A stretch of 64,000 nt of DNA from Heteronotia binoei (lineage: Eukaryota), in NCBI RefSeq assembly GCF_032191835.1, contig NC_083228.1, positions 122,388,001-122,452,000 of the forward strand, given 5' to 3'. The translations under genes were made by a program, and so were the position numbers. Of this stretch, positions 36,372 through 47,811 are shown piece by piece. Position 1 is the stretch's first letter; each line of letters starts with the position of its first letter. Below the pieces are notes generated by a model. The model saw only the letters and a program-made list of their open reading frames with translations, was not told the DNA's origin and did no database searches.

Positions 36372-36485
36372 TGATGTCACTGCTGCCATAGAAACCATGT
36401 GTGCACACAAGTGAAAATGACATCTGGCAGCAGAAGAGCATGGAAAGTTGAGAGAGGAGGCAACATCTTCAGTTTGGCAGGGTCA
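36372..36485 (+). promoter_or_regulatory. Conserved promoter/5' leader block of AKAP4-like copy 2
   Basis: Paralogue of 20587-20700. TGATGTCA at 36372-36379. X-box-like GCTGCCATAGAAAC at 36382-36395. Confidence 0.7.
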
Positions 36486-36556
36486 TCAAAGCAGCTTAGG
36501 TGAGAAAGAACATCCCCTACGGTCCTAGGTACAGTTCTACTTCCAAGCCTCAAGTG

Positions 36557-38899
36557 ATGTCTCAGGAAGTTGACTGGTTACACAGCCAAGCTGGCGTGTG
36601 TAAGGTAGAGCTCTACAATCCTGAAGCAGGGAAAGACCAGGACCGGAAAGTGATTTGTTTTGTTGATGTCGCCAGCCTGAACATAAAAACAGATGATAAA
36701 GATGCTGCTGGCCAGTCCAAAGACAATGAACCTGCCACAGGACTTGATCTGGGGAAAATGCAGGACAAAGAGGTAATTGTAATAAAAGATAGTGAGACAC
36801 CCGAGCAGTCTAAGACTGAAGGAGCAGTATGCCTTTTCAAACAAGGTTCAACAGAAGAACTTAATGTTGTGACCTGGCTCTTTGATGACCTGCAGAAATA
36901 TGCATGTGGATTTCAACATGCACTGACCCCTTCAAGTGCCCCTCATCAACCTAAGCCATCAGCAGCTGACAAGATGTCCCAGAATAACAACAACACGGCT
37001 TTCAAATCTTCCAGTGGTCAGAAAGCACCTGCAGATGAAGTAGCAGGCACCGTCCAAAAACTCTGTTCTTTGGTTATGCAAATGGCTAGTAAAGAGATCT
37101 CTGAAAATCTGGAAGATGCAGCCAGCAAGTGTATACGCCAGGCAATTTATGCGACAAAAGATGGGAAACCTCTCAATCCTGGTTCTGTAAGTCAGGTTGC
37201 ATCCAAGATGGTGAATGACGCTATGGAAAGTGCTCAGGACCCCAGCGCTAAATCATCTCAAGACAATATTTCAGGCAAGAAGGAAGAAGGTAAAGGAGGT
37301 CCCAAGAAAACCTCTCTCTTTTATGGTGAAGTATCTTCCAACCAAAGTGAGTCTATTCAGGAAGAAGACAAGCCACCATGTACCCAATTGATTTACCCAA
37401 AGAGACAGTCAGCTCGCAATGATGGTAGTTCTTTTAACAAAGGGCTAATGGTTTATGCAAACAAAGATGCTAAGGATATGACATTTTCATTTGTGAAGGC
37501 CACAAAGGTTCACAAGAGGCAACCACTGCCAGCCTGTGTGGTTTTGAAAAGAGTATTCCTAAAGCACACAAGGGATGTCATATCAGACTTAATTGACTCT
37601 ACTATGAAAAATCTACATAATGTTACTGGGGTCCTCATGACAGACTCTGACTTTGTTACTACAGTTAAGAAGAATCTCTTCAATGCAGGAACCCAGAAGT
37701 CTACTGAGATTTTAGAAGCAATGGTACTACGAATGTATAATGCTCTGATGTCAGAAACTAAGGACAAAGGGCATAGTCTTGTATACTCTTTACTGAAAAC
37801 AGGATGTTCAATGGACCCAAATACACAAAGTATGCATTTCGCATCTCTGAAAGGTGGACTACATACGAGGGAAAAGGGAAAGGAGACAGCACACTCATCA
37901 GCCCAGAAAGTAGGTGAGACAATAATTAAAGATGGAATTAGCATGCTACGCTCAAAAACATCAGGAGGCAAAGCTTCAGACAGGGGAAGTCATGACAGGA
38001 GGCCAGAGAAAAGCAATTCCACAACTGAATTTCTAGCAAAAGACCTCATCTTGACAGCTTTAATGTTGATACAGCAGCATCTGTTAACTCAATACAAGGA
38101 ACCAACTTCTGAGTCAAATACCTCTTCGTTTGGGTATTTTGAAAAAGGAGGCAAACATGGTTCTAGATCGCATGGTTCCAAGGGTGATCCACACCAACAA
38201 GAATTTCAGAAAGGAGAAATACAAAGTGCTCTCCTTTCTATCATCTCAAAGGTCCTACAGGAGGCTGGCTTCAATGTAGATGAGTGTGAGATAACCAAGA
38301 AATCCAATACATGTGATGACAGGACTAGCAAAAAGTCTTCATCCAAACACTACAATGCAGAGGTGGACTCTGAAAACATGGATCAAATAAACAAAAAATT
38401 CATTGATCAGCTGATGGAATCTGTGATGAAGCTGTGTATGTACATGACTAAAAGCCCCGATTTTGTTGTGGAAGATTACTCTGACGAACAAGGAACATAC
38501 TTTACTGCAAGAAACAAAGGTGCATCGACTCCAGATTCAATGACATCACAGAAACCTCCACGAACAACATCTATTGGAAAGCCACTGGTGCCTGCTGGCT
38601 CTGAGGTGATCGTGAACAACCAGAGTTCCAATACCAGTTTGCAGAACAAAGAGCTCCAGGCTATCCTCCAGTGGATGGCTGCCTCCCACTTCCAAGTGCC
38701 CAACCTCACATTCATGAATGAGAATGACGAGGAACTGAAGAAGCTTCCTCAGCTTGCGGAAAAAGCAGCTAAGAAGGGCGCAAGCGTGGGAGATATTCTG
38801 CAGGAGGTAATGAGGTATTTCGAAAAACAACAGATTGATGCCGCTGTGGGAAACATGCCTCGTGGCGGACTTCTCGACTGGTTGCTTGTTAACCTGTAG
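36557..38899 (+). CDS. AKAP4: Intronless AKAP4-like protein, copy 2 (780 aa from ATG 36557), nested antisense in PHC3 intron 6
   Basis: The ORF track starts at a GTG (36500). The ATG at 36557 (MSQEVDWL) aligns with the copy-1 start (MAQEIDWL). Same family motifs through LLDWLLVNL. Strict orthology is untested. Confidence 0.9.
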   Translation: MSQEVDWLHSQAGVCKVELYNPEAGKDQDRKVICFVDVASLNIKTDDKDAAGQSKDNEPATGLDLGKMQDKEVIVIKDSETPEQSKTEGAVCLFKQGSTEELNVVTWLFDDLQKYACGFQHALTPSSAPHQPKPSAADKMSQNNNNTAFKSSSGQKAPADEVAGTVQKLCSLVMQMASKEISENLEDAASKCIRQAIYATKDGKPLNPGSVSQVASKMVNDAMESAQDPSAKSSQDNISGKKEEGKGGPKKTSLFYGEVSSNQSESIQEEDKPPCTQLIYPKRQSARNDGSSFNKGLMVYANKDAKDMTFSFVKATKVHKRQPLPACVVLKRVFLKHTRDVISDLIDSTMKNLHNVTGVLMTDSDFVTTVKKNLFNAGTQKSTEILEAMVLRMYNALMSETKDKGHSLVYSLLKTGCSMDPNTQSMHFASLKGGLHTREKGKETAHSSAQKVGETIIKDGISMLRSKTSGGKASDRGSHDRRPEKSNSTTEFLAKDLILTALMLIQQHLLTQYKEPTSESNTSSFGYFEKGGKHGSRSHGSKGDPHQQEFQKGEIQSALLSIISKVLQEAGFNVDECEITKKSNTCDDRTSKKSSSKHYNAEVDSENMDQINKKFIDQLMESVMKLCMYMTKSPDFVVEDYSDEQGTYFTARNKGASTPDSMTSQKPPRTTSIGKPLVPAGSEVIVNNQSSNTSLQNKELQAILQWMAASHFQVPNLTFMNENDEELKKLPQLAEKAAKKGASVGDILQEVMRYFEKQQIDAAVGNMPRGGLLDWLLVNL

Positions 38900-39044
38900 A
38901 CAAGAGCCAACACCTCCCTCTCATTACTTCCACCCAGCGAAGTGCCAACTTAGTTATCGGATGAACAACCATACAGCACATTTTGCATAGACAACAGTTC
39001 ATCAAATTCCACAGGCTGTAACACACTAGCTGGGCAAAGTCACC

Positions 39045-39050
39045 AATAAA
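39045..39050 (+). terminator. Polyadenylation signal of AKAP4-like copy 2
   Basis: AATAAA about 145 nt after the stop, context ctgggcaaagtcaccAATAAA. Confidence 0.7.
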
Positions 39051-39924
39051 AAAATACAAATGTCAACTGTTACTGATTTGTTTATTAATTTGTATGTAGA
39101 TATGATCAAAGGGGGGGGATATCCATGTAACAGTCATAACCTCCTTTTAGGACTCAATGGTTTTAAATCTAGACCATTCTTGTAACTAATAAGTATCAGA
39201 CAACATGCCCATTCCATTCTGCTTCAAAACTTCTATCTTCCTTTCCCGTACTGGAACAAAACATTCAAAGCTGGGTGACAAACTCTTACTTACTGAACTT
39301 CGTGAACATCTATTTGTACCTTTATGTGGAGCAAATCACTGTAATTCTTATCACCTTGATTGTTAAGGAGAATAATGAAACAATTCTCAGATTCACCAAT
39401 ATACACCATTTCCCCAAGAGTAACTATTAAAACAGTCTTGAATTTTATCTGTCATTTCACAGTTTTACTGCCTAATGAAGCAAAGATAGGAGGAGGATAG
39501 AGTATCTTGGTTCACGCAATGACCTGTAATGTTATCCATATCCTGAAGCTCCACTGCTTCACCAACCTTCACTCCAAATGTTAAAATATTCTTTAAAAAA
39601 CAACAAACAAATGTAGACGTCTACAAAATTGGCTCGTTCCTCAAACACCATCAAAATTCTTCTCCTACTGCCTCAGATTTACTTAAATTCTGCAAAACCT
39701 ACATTAATCTGTTTTAGAATAATGAAAAGAAGAAAATGTAGGCCTTTTGAGTTATTTGACGTAGAATTTCACTGATGCCAATTTTTGTTTTACCTGGTTT
39801 GATAAATATAGAAATGTAAAAGGCAAGACGAACTAGGGTAAATGAATGATATAAGCAGATTTAAAGCCATTTCATCTATCACAGTTTGGGATAAGTTTCA
39901 TTAAGACTATCCAGAAACGTGGAT

Positions 39925-40110
39925 GTGGAATGGTATAGTATAACTTGATCTGTCAGATCTTGGAAGTGAAGAAGGGTCAGTACTTGGATGAGAGATCACC
40001 AAGGAAGACTTTGCAGAGGAAAGCAAAGGCAAACCACCAGTGCTTAATCACTTCCCTTGAAAACTCAACGGGGTTGCCATAAGTCATCTTCAACTTGATG
40101 GCATTTTATA
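39925..40110 (+). mobile_element. 5S rRNA-derived SINE
   Basis: gatctgtcagatcttggaag...agtacttggatgagagatcacc...ggcaaaccacc...ggggttgccataagtc. Confidence 0.65.
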
Positions 40111-40272
40111 CACACGCACATCTAGCACAGTATTTTTTTTAACCTGCCCTTCCTCCAAGAAGTCCAGGGAGGTGTACTTTGCTCTGCACTCCTATTTTAT
40201 TCCCACAACAACCTTTCATGAATACCAGGCTGAGAGAGAGTCACAAGCTCAGAATCATCCAAGTCATCTTCA

Positions 40273-40525
40273 GAGGCCTTGCTTTGCATGTCCCCAACAT
40301 CTGAGGTTAGGTGGGTGGCAACCCAAGGAAGGGCCTTCTTGGTTGTGGACCTAAACTTTGGAACTCCCTCCACTGGGATGTCCATCTGTCTCCCTCTGCC
40401 ACTGCCTTCCGCCAGAAAGTGAAGACTTTTGTTTCATTTGGCATACCTCCAGTAAACCCTTACTGGCCATTCTCCCTGACTGTGTTTGTGTTTTTATTGC
40501 ATTATAAAAGTTTTAAATAAATAAT
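40273..40525 (+). mobile_element. L2-type fragment interrupting an old tRNA-derived SINE (about 40135-40590)
   Basis: GPKLWNSLHWDV...FRQKVKTF reading. SINE halves lie on both sides. Confidence 0.55.
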
Positions 40526-43240
40526 TTCACAGCACAGTGGAGACCTAAATCAGGGTCTCACGTAACGTAACCACTACATCATACTGACTGTAGAAGCTGC
40601 AGGACTCTTTTCTATAGCGATGTGTTGAAAGATTGTTATTTTATTACTACAATTATAGATACACTACGCTTCACTCCTGCTCCAACCATGCTTTGAAGTA
40701 TTGTGCCAATCATGTCAGCCTTCTCCGATCACACAGTCCTACCTCTTTAATAAGTAAGAGCCCCAATTATAGCCTCATGTGATCAAACTGAAATAAATTA
40801 TGAGATAAGAAGTGTGTGAATGGCTTTACTGACTGCCTTCCACTCTTTTTATATTACAATATTTCTCCTGGTTTATAGCATTTCAATGGGTTTTTTAAAG
40901 GAGGAGGGAAAAGGGAAAAAAGGGGGGGAAATTTTCTCATTTCACAATTCCATTCTGTCTCACACAATATTTTCACATAAAATTCCATAAGTCATCATTA
41001 GATCATTTTTAAAAGTCTGCAGTCACATACTTTCTTATGATTGTCTGGAGAAGAAGGGAAAGCAGGCTATCTTTTTTAGTTTCTATTTTTTAATTGTGAG
41101 AGGAGATGGTCATGTAGACACTGGTATATTAATGATTAACAATGATGAAAGGAACAAGAACAATATTTCTCCTAAAGGAAAAGAACACATTACTGCACTA
41201 TCACTTATGAGTTCATATTAAGAAATTTCAGGAAGACACAGCCTTGAAATGCAGATTTTTTTAGTCATCAGCACTAAAGCACCAATTTTCATGTGAATAA
41301 TTTTTTATCAAATATGGAATATATGTGAATGTATCCATTACTTGCTATGGATGTGGGACACAACTTTAGTTAGGACGGCCACAAGCATGCTTAAGGAACA
41401 TCCTTAAGGGTTAATACACAGCTAGGTCAGACTGAGAAGAAAAGACAGAAGAGTTAACATTCCAGTCTTACCTATAACAGAAAAATAACATGCACTATGC
41501 CGTACTGCAATTCTACTGTGTTTCTAAGCAACAATAGAAGTGAGGGGTTCTTAGAGCCAAAAGTGGATTTATCTGGTCAAGGTGCATGCAAAGTAGAATT
41601 TCCTTCCTGTTAAATGAACTGCTGCCAACCTGGCAAAATGTATCATTAGTGTGTAGCTGACCCTCACAATGAAATTATGCTGGATGTTGCAGCCAATTAG
41701 TATGTGTATATGCTAACATGTGCCAATGTGTCATCAAGGGTTTATAAGACTGTGACCATTTTGAAAGAAGGTAGAGCAGCTTGGCATTGCAAGCTTTGGC
41801 TTAGCTCTGCTCTCAGTTCATTGCAATAAACTTTTTTTTCTTCCTCCTTCACCTAGACTGTGGATGTATATCTTTTACTGGCCAAAGACATTTAGATTTG
41901 CAGATTTATACAACATGGAGACAATCAAAAGTGTTTCCTTTATATTTCTTCTGCCTCTTTCTTTCTTTCTTGCTTGTTTTTTAATTTTTTCTTTTTTGTT
42001 GTGTGTTTCTTTTTAATAAAAATATTTTTTAAAAAAAAGAATATATGTGAACATATGTAAACACATATACTCTGATTTAAAATGTAATTACTTAGAAATA
42101 AGTGTCATTCACTGTAATGAAGCTTCCGTTCCAGAATATATAAAGGATAAAAATAATTAGTTAAAAGCAACAGATCTGGTGTGCAGAATTGCCATATTCA
42201 AAACTTACAAAACTTTACTATTTTTCTTCATGGAAAATACCACATTTCTTCCAAAGTATTTTTGAAAGAATAAGTATGTGGTTTGGAAAAACTTTCAGAG
42301 CTGCTAAAAGAAACAAAGCAGAAAAAGACCAGTATTACACAAAATCAGAACTTCTGGTATTGGAATGGTCATATGATGAAGAGTGGTGTCCCTGTATTAT
42401 GAAATCCTTTACAATGGAAAACAGAGCTCCATTTCAGCTATGTTGACTGCATTAGGACTATACCACCTTGGTGCCACTCAGCCAATAAGAATTCCAAAGA
42501 ATAAACTACTGGATCAGCATGCTTCCTGACTGGCTATTGTTTTGAGGTGGCCAGTAAGCTATGTGACTGGACACAGCAGCAGCTCTATTAGCTCCCACCC
42601 TTTAAAAGAGATGGAAACCAATTCCATCCCTTTACAAAGAAAAAGAGGATCCCTACCCCTAAACCTCTGGGAAACTGAAAGGGTTTCATCTTTGTATTAG
42701 TCCGATAAGCAGGACTTACTCTCCATCTTTACAAAGGTGGCCCCTTTGGAAAATGGTTGTTGACCCCGCCCTCCCAGGATCCCCAGGGCCCCAGTTTGAG
42801 AAAAGTTGTTAGAGGATTTATCAAAATGCATAAACTTGTACAGATTTTTGAAAACAGGTGCTTCAAAGGCACAGTATTACTGGCAAGCCAAGGAACACAC
42901 TTCTCATTAACTGGAATCTGAGATGCAGGCATGCACCTCTCTACCATGCGGCCTATAAGAAGGCTTCTAACAGTATACAACATAATGCTTTCAGTATTTC
43001 TAGAATAGTTTAAGTAGCCACTTCAGTATTCTTGCAAGATTCTAAAACTACTATACCAGTTTAGAATTTAAAACAAGGCCATCTTCTGTAGGGAATCAGT
43101 TTTCCTGGTGTATGCAGCAGGATCATATTTTGAGAGACAATAAAACATAATACACACAAGGAGAAGAACTGCGTGTTGATTCCTTGCAACAGTTCAGTGA
43201 AATGGATACACACACACACACAAAATCCAAGCAAGCTCAC

Positions 43241-43339
43241 CTGAGTAGCTGCAGACTGACAGGGGAACGAAGAGGACGATGAGACAACAGGAATGTCAGA
43301 CTGGACAGCCGCCACAGTGGTAGCAGGTGTAAAAATCAG
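43241..43339 (-). CDS. PHC3: PHC3 coding exon 6 (LIFTPATTVAAVQSDIPVVSSSSSFPCQSAATQ)
   Basis: Acceptor tcacag| at 43340, donor CAG|gtgagc at 43240. 99 nt. Confidence 0.96.
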
Positions 43340-43639
43340 CTGTGAAAGCAGTAGAAAGAAAATTAAAGAAGCTACCCCAGGTAATGAATGCACATATACC
43401 AATGGACAGATGGACAGGTTAAAAATTATACAAGCAATTTCCCTGTTACAATGAACCAAGCTTAAGACAAAAGTCGTTCCATAGATGTACAACAATGCCA
43501 ATCTAAATGTTTTTTCCAACTCTTTTTTTTAAGTTGTAAGCCTTTGCTACAATACCTCAGAACAAACAATGCAACTTTCCAGTGTCTCTCAAATAGGCTC
43601 AGCCATTTAATTTTTCGCAAACAACCTCTTCCATTGTAC

Positions 43640-43790
43640 TCTTCCATATAGCAAGTCAAGTATGAGATCAGGTGGTCCTTCAGGAATGCTGGTCCCAAGT
43701 CACATATGGCTTTGAAGGTCAATGCCAGCACCTTGAATTGGGCCTGGGGACAAACTGGGAGCCAGGGTAGGCAGGCCAAGATTGAATGAA
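43640..43790 (-). mobile_element. L2-type fragment
   Basis: WLPVCPQAQFKVLALTFKAICDLGPAFLKDHL reading. Confidence 0.6.
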
Positions 43791-44561
43791 GTAACTAGTG
43801 GCAGCATTCTGGACCAAATGAGATTTATGAGCACTTTTCAAGGGTAGCTCCACATACAGCATGCACCATAACAGCCAGTTACTTTCTGTCCAGCAAAGGC
43901 TACAACTGGCTAACTAGTAAAAGCTGGTAAAAGGCACTTCTAGCCTCAGCTGGGAATGAACATTCTACTTTTAGAAGCCAAGTTTGCTCAGGCCACTGTC
44001 TTTAATATCTACTCCATAGTGCCTTCTTTTACTGATCCTGGAACCTGTTTGCAGAACAGAACGGCCAACTCTTGACTCAGTTTTATCTGGGGAGGGGGGC
44101 AGGAATCAGACCTGGGTTGTCTGGTTCAGCATTGCTGTGATCTCGGAAGTGTTATGCTTCTCCCTGCTGTGTAGATGTATCGGTACTATTCAAGGCTAGG
44201 AGCTGTCATCTGTACCTGTGTGCTTCCTGACAACTACCTTGTTTCATTGACTGGAAAAACCTGAACCAGCAGCCAAGCCCTTTCCCACAAAACAAGAATC
44301 ACAGTACTGAACAACTGCCATGTCAAAATTCTCTCCTGGGCCTCTTAATCATAACCTCAGAAACCATTTGCAGGACTGAAGTGAGAGAACACACAGTCAC
44401 TTTCCTTACGGTCAATTTCCTCACCTCACTTCACTGCATTTAACTGGTACCAATGTCAATATGCTTAAGGTAACCAAGGTTCCATCTTCTTAACCAAGAA
44501 TGGAAACCAGATTTAACTCTTCAAATCCTGATTAGGGGCACTTCTGCACATGTCAAATAAT

Positions 44562-44735
44562 TAGGGTTGCCATCTCTGGATTGGGAAATATCTGGAGATT
44601 TAGGGGGTGGAGCCTGAGAAGGGCAGGGTCTAGGCAGGGGAGGGACTTCAATGGAGTCTCATGACATAGAGTTCATCCTCTGAAGCAGCCATTTTCTCCA
44701 GGCAAACAGAACTATCTCAATCACCTGAGGATCAG
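44562..44735 (+). mobile_element. Fragment of a TAGGGTTGCCA-terminal hAT MITE family
   Basis: Begins TAGGGTTGCCA. The interior resembles the reverse complement of 56742-56979. Confidence 0.45.
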
Positions 44736-45042
44736 TTCAAAGTGGATTGAAAGTGCATTATTCAGCATTTATGAAAGTGCAAGAGGTAATCTGGTTAGAC
44801 TTGATCATGGTTGTTTCCATTGTTAACGTGAAGCTTAACCATGGCTGAGGGGGAATCTGTGCCAATGTGAGAATACCAGGGGGGGGGAGGGGTAGCCCTT
44901 CAATGGCTTTCTTTCCTCCTTTCTCCATGGGCGGGGACAGAGGGTGACAAATGGAGGGAAGTGTCCACCAGGTGCCCCCTAGTATGTGAGGTTCCTCAGG
45001 AGACACTCCTCTTCCCAATGCTGCTTAACATCTACATGTGAA

Positions 45043-47811
45043 CATAAGAACATAAGAGAAGCCATGTTGGATCAGGCCAACGGCCCATCAAGTCCAACAC
45101 TCTGTGTCACACAGTGGCAAAAAATGTTATATACACACATACACTGTGGCTAATAGCCACTGATGGACCTGTGCTCCATATTTTTATCTAAACCCTTCTT
45201 GAAGGTGGCTATACTTGTGGCCGCCACCACCTCCTGTGGCAGTGAATTCCACATGTTAATCACCCTTTGGGTGAAGAAGTACTTCCTTTTATCCGTTTTA
45301 ACCTGTCTGCTCAGCAATTTCATCGAATGCCCACGAGTTCTTGTATTGTGAGAAAGGGAGAAAAGTACTTCTTTCTCTACTTTCTCCATCCCATTCATTA
45401 TCTTGTAAACCTCTATCATGTCACCCCGCAGTCCACGTTTCTCCAAGCTAAAGAGTCCCAAGCGTTTCAACCTTTCTTCATAGGGAAAGTGCTCAAGCCC
45501 TTTAATCATTCTAGTTGCCCTTCTCTGGACTTTCTCCAATGCTATAATATCCTTTTTGAGGTGCGGCGACCAGAACTGCACACAGTACTCCAAATGAGAC
45601 CGCACCATCGATTTATACAGGGGCATTATGATACTGGCTGATTTGTTTTCAATTCCCTTCCTAATAATTCCCAGCATGGCGTTGGCCTTTTTTATTGCAA
45701 ACGCACACTGTCTTGACATTTTCAGTGAGTTATCTACCACGACCCCAAGATCTCTCTCTTGGTCAGTCTCTGCCAGTTCACACCCCAACAACTTGTATTT
45801 GTAGCTGGGATTCTTGGCCCCAATGTGCATTACTTTGCACTTGGCCACATTGAACCGCATCTGCCATGTTGACGCCCACTCACCCAGCCTCAACAGATCC
45901 CTTTGGAGTTCCTCACAATCCTCTCTGGTTCTCACCACCCTGAACAATTTAGTGTCATCCGCAAACTTGGCCACTTCACTGCTCACTCCCAACTCTAAAT
46001 CATTTATGAACAAGTTAAAGAGCATGGGACCCAGTACCGAGCCCTGCGGCACCCCGCTGCTTACCGTCCTCCACTGCGAAGACTGCCCATTTATACTCAC
46101 TGTCTGCTTCCTATTACTCAGCCAGTTCTTGATCCACAAGAGGACCTGTCCTTTTATTCCATGACTCTCAAGCTTTCTAAGGAGCCTTTGATGAGGAACT
46201 TTATCAAAAGCTTTCTGGAAGTCAAGGTAAACAACATCTATTGGGTCTCCTTTGTCCACATGTTTGTTCACCCCCTCAAAGAAATGTAACAGGTTAGTGA
46301 GGCAAGATCTTCCCTTGCAGAACCCATGCTGAGTCTTCCTCAATAACCCGTGTTCATCAATGTGCCTACTCATTCTGTCCTTGATAATGGTTTCTACCAA
46401 CTTTCCGGTATTGAAGTCAGACTGACTGGCCTGTAATTTCCCGAGTCTCCTCTGGAACCTTTTTTAAAGATGGGGGTGACATTTGCTACCTTCCAGTCCT
46501 CAGGAACGGAGGCAGATTTCAATGTAAGATTACAGGTTTTTGTTAGAAGATCCACAAGTTCAACTTTGAGTTCTTTCAGAACTCTCGGATGTATGCCATC
46601 CGGACCCGGTGACTTATTAGTTTTTAATTTGTCTATCAGTTGTAGGACCTCCTCTTTTGTCACCTCAATCTGACTCAGGTCTTTCAATACCCCTTCCAAA
46701 ATTAGTGGTTCTGGGGCGAGCAAAAAGTTCTCATCTTCCACAGTGAAGACGGAGGCAAAAAATTCATTTAGCTTCTCAGCCATTTCCCTATCCTCCTTCA
46801 GTAATCCTTTTACCCCATGGTCATCCAAGGGCCCCACTGCCTCCCTGGCTGGTTTCCTACTTCTAATATATTTGAAGAAAGTTTTATTGTTGGTCTTTAT
46901 GTTTTTTGCAATATGCTCCTCATAGTCCCTTTTTGCCTGCCTGATCACAGTCTTGCATTTGATTTGCCACAGCCTGTGTTCCCTTTTACTAATCTCACTT
47001 GGACTGGTTTTCCACCGCTTAAAGGAGTCCTTCTTACCTTTTACAGCTTCCATTACTTTGTTTGTTAACCACGCAGGCCTTTTCTTATGCCTGTTTGTGC
47101 CTTTCCTAACTTGTGGTATGTATTTTATCTGAGCTTCTAGGATTATAGTTTTAAATAGCATCCAAGCTTCCCCAAGGGTTTTGACCGTATGTACCTTTCC
47201 TTTCAGTTTCCTCCTCACATGCCTCCTCATCTCAGTGTATTTACCCCTTTTAAAGTTAAACGTGGTTGTGGCGGTCTTTTTGGACAACTCCCTATTTATA
47301 CAAATGGTGAAATCAATAACATTATGGTCACTGCTCCCAAGTGGCGCAATCACTTTTACATCTCTCACCAAGTCTTGGGCATTACTTAGGACCAAATCCA
47401 GGATCGCCCCTGGTAGGTTCTGAGACCATCTGCTCCATAGCACAGTCATTGAGAGCATCAAGAAACTCAATCTCTTTCTCTCGACCAGAACACATATTAA
47501 CCCAGTCAATCTGTGGGTAGTTAAAATCACCTATTACGACACAGTTTTTACGTTTAGCTGCTATCTTTAAGCCTTCCATCATATTATAATCGTCCTCTCT
47601 CTTTTGATTTGGTGGGCGATAACAAACTCCCATAGTTAAATTTCCTTTTGGGGCCTCTATTTCAACCCAAAGCATTTCTAAAAGTGAATCTAATTCTCTG
47701 ATCTCAGTCTTACTGGATCGTATATCCTCTCTGACATACAGAGCCACCCCACCTCCAACCCTTCCCTCCCTATCCTTCCGATATAGCTTATATCCAGGAA
47801 TCACCGTGTCC
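45043..47811 (-). mobile_element. Longest CR1 copy (endonuclease plus RT of ORF2, two frameshifts, 5'-truncated)
   Basis: Track ORFs 47382-47804 (GYKLYRKDR, GVCYRPP, GDFNYP), 46394-47530 and 45150-46400 (YLDFQKAFD, PQGSVLGP, FADDTKL). Tail gaacataagaacataag. Confidence 0.95.

Noticed and set aside
36500-36547. Possible mini-intron in the copy-2 leader (ag|gtgaga ... ttccaag|)
   Set aside because: Only about 48 nt, too short for a typical vertebrate intron. It has a weak pyrimidine tract and is not shared with copy 1.
36500-36556. 19-codon N-terminal extension of AKAP4-like copy 2 in the ORF track
   Set aside because: It starts at GTG and has no counterpart in copy 1. The ATG at 36557 aligns with the copy-1 start.
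45043-47811. CR1 as an active, autonomous element
   Set aside because: ORF2 is broken by frameshifts near 46400 and 47400, and ORF1 and the 5' UTR are absent.
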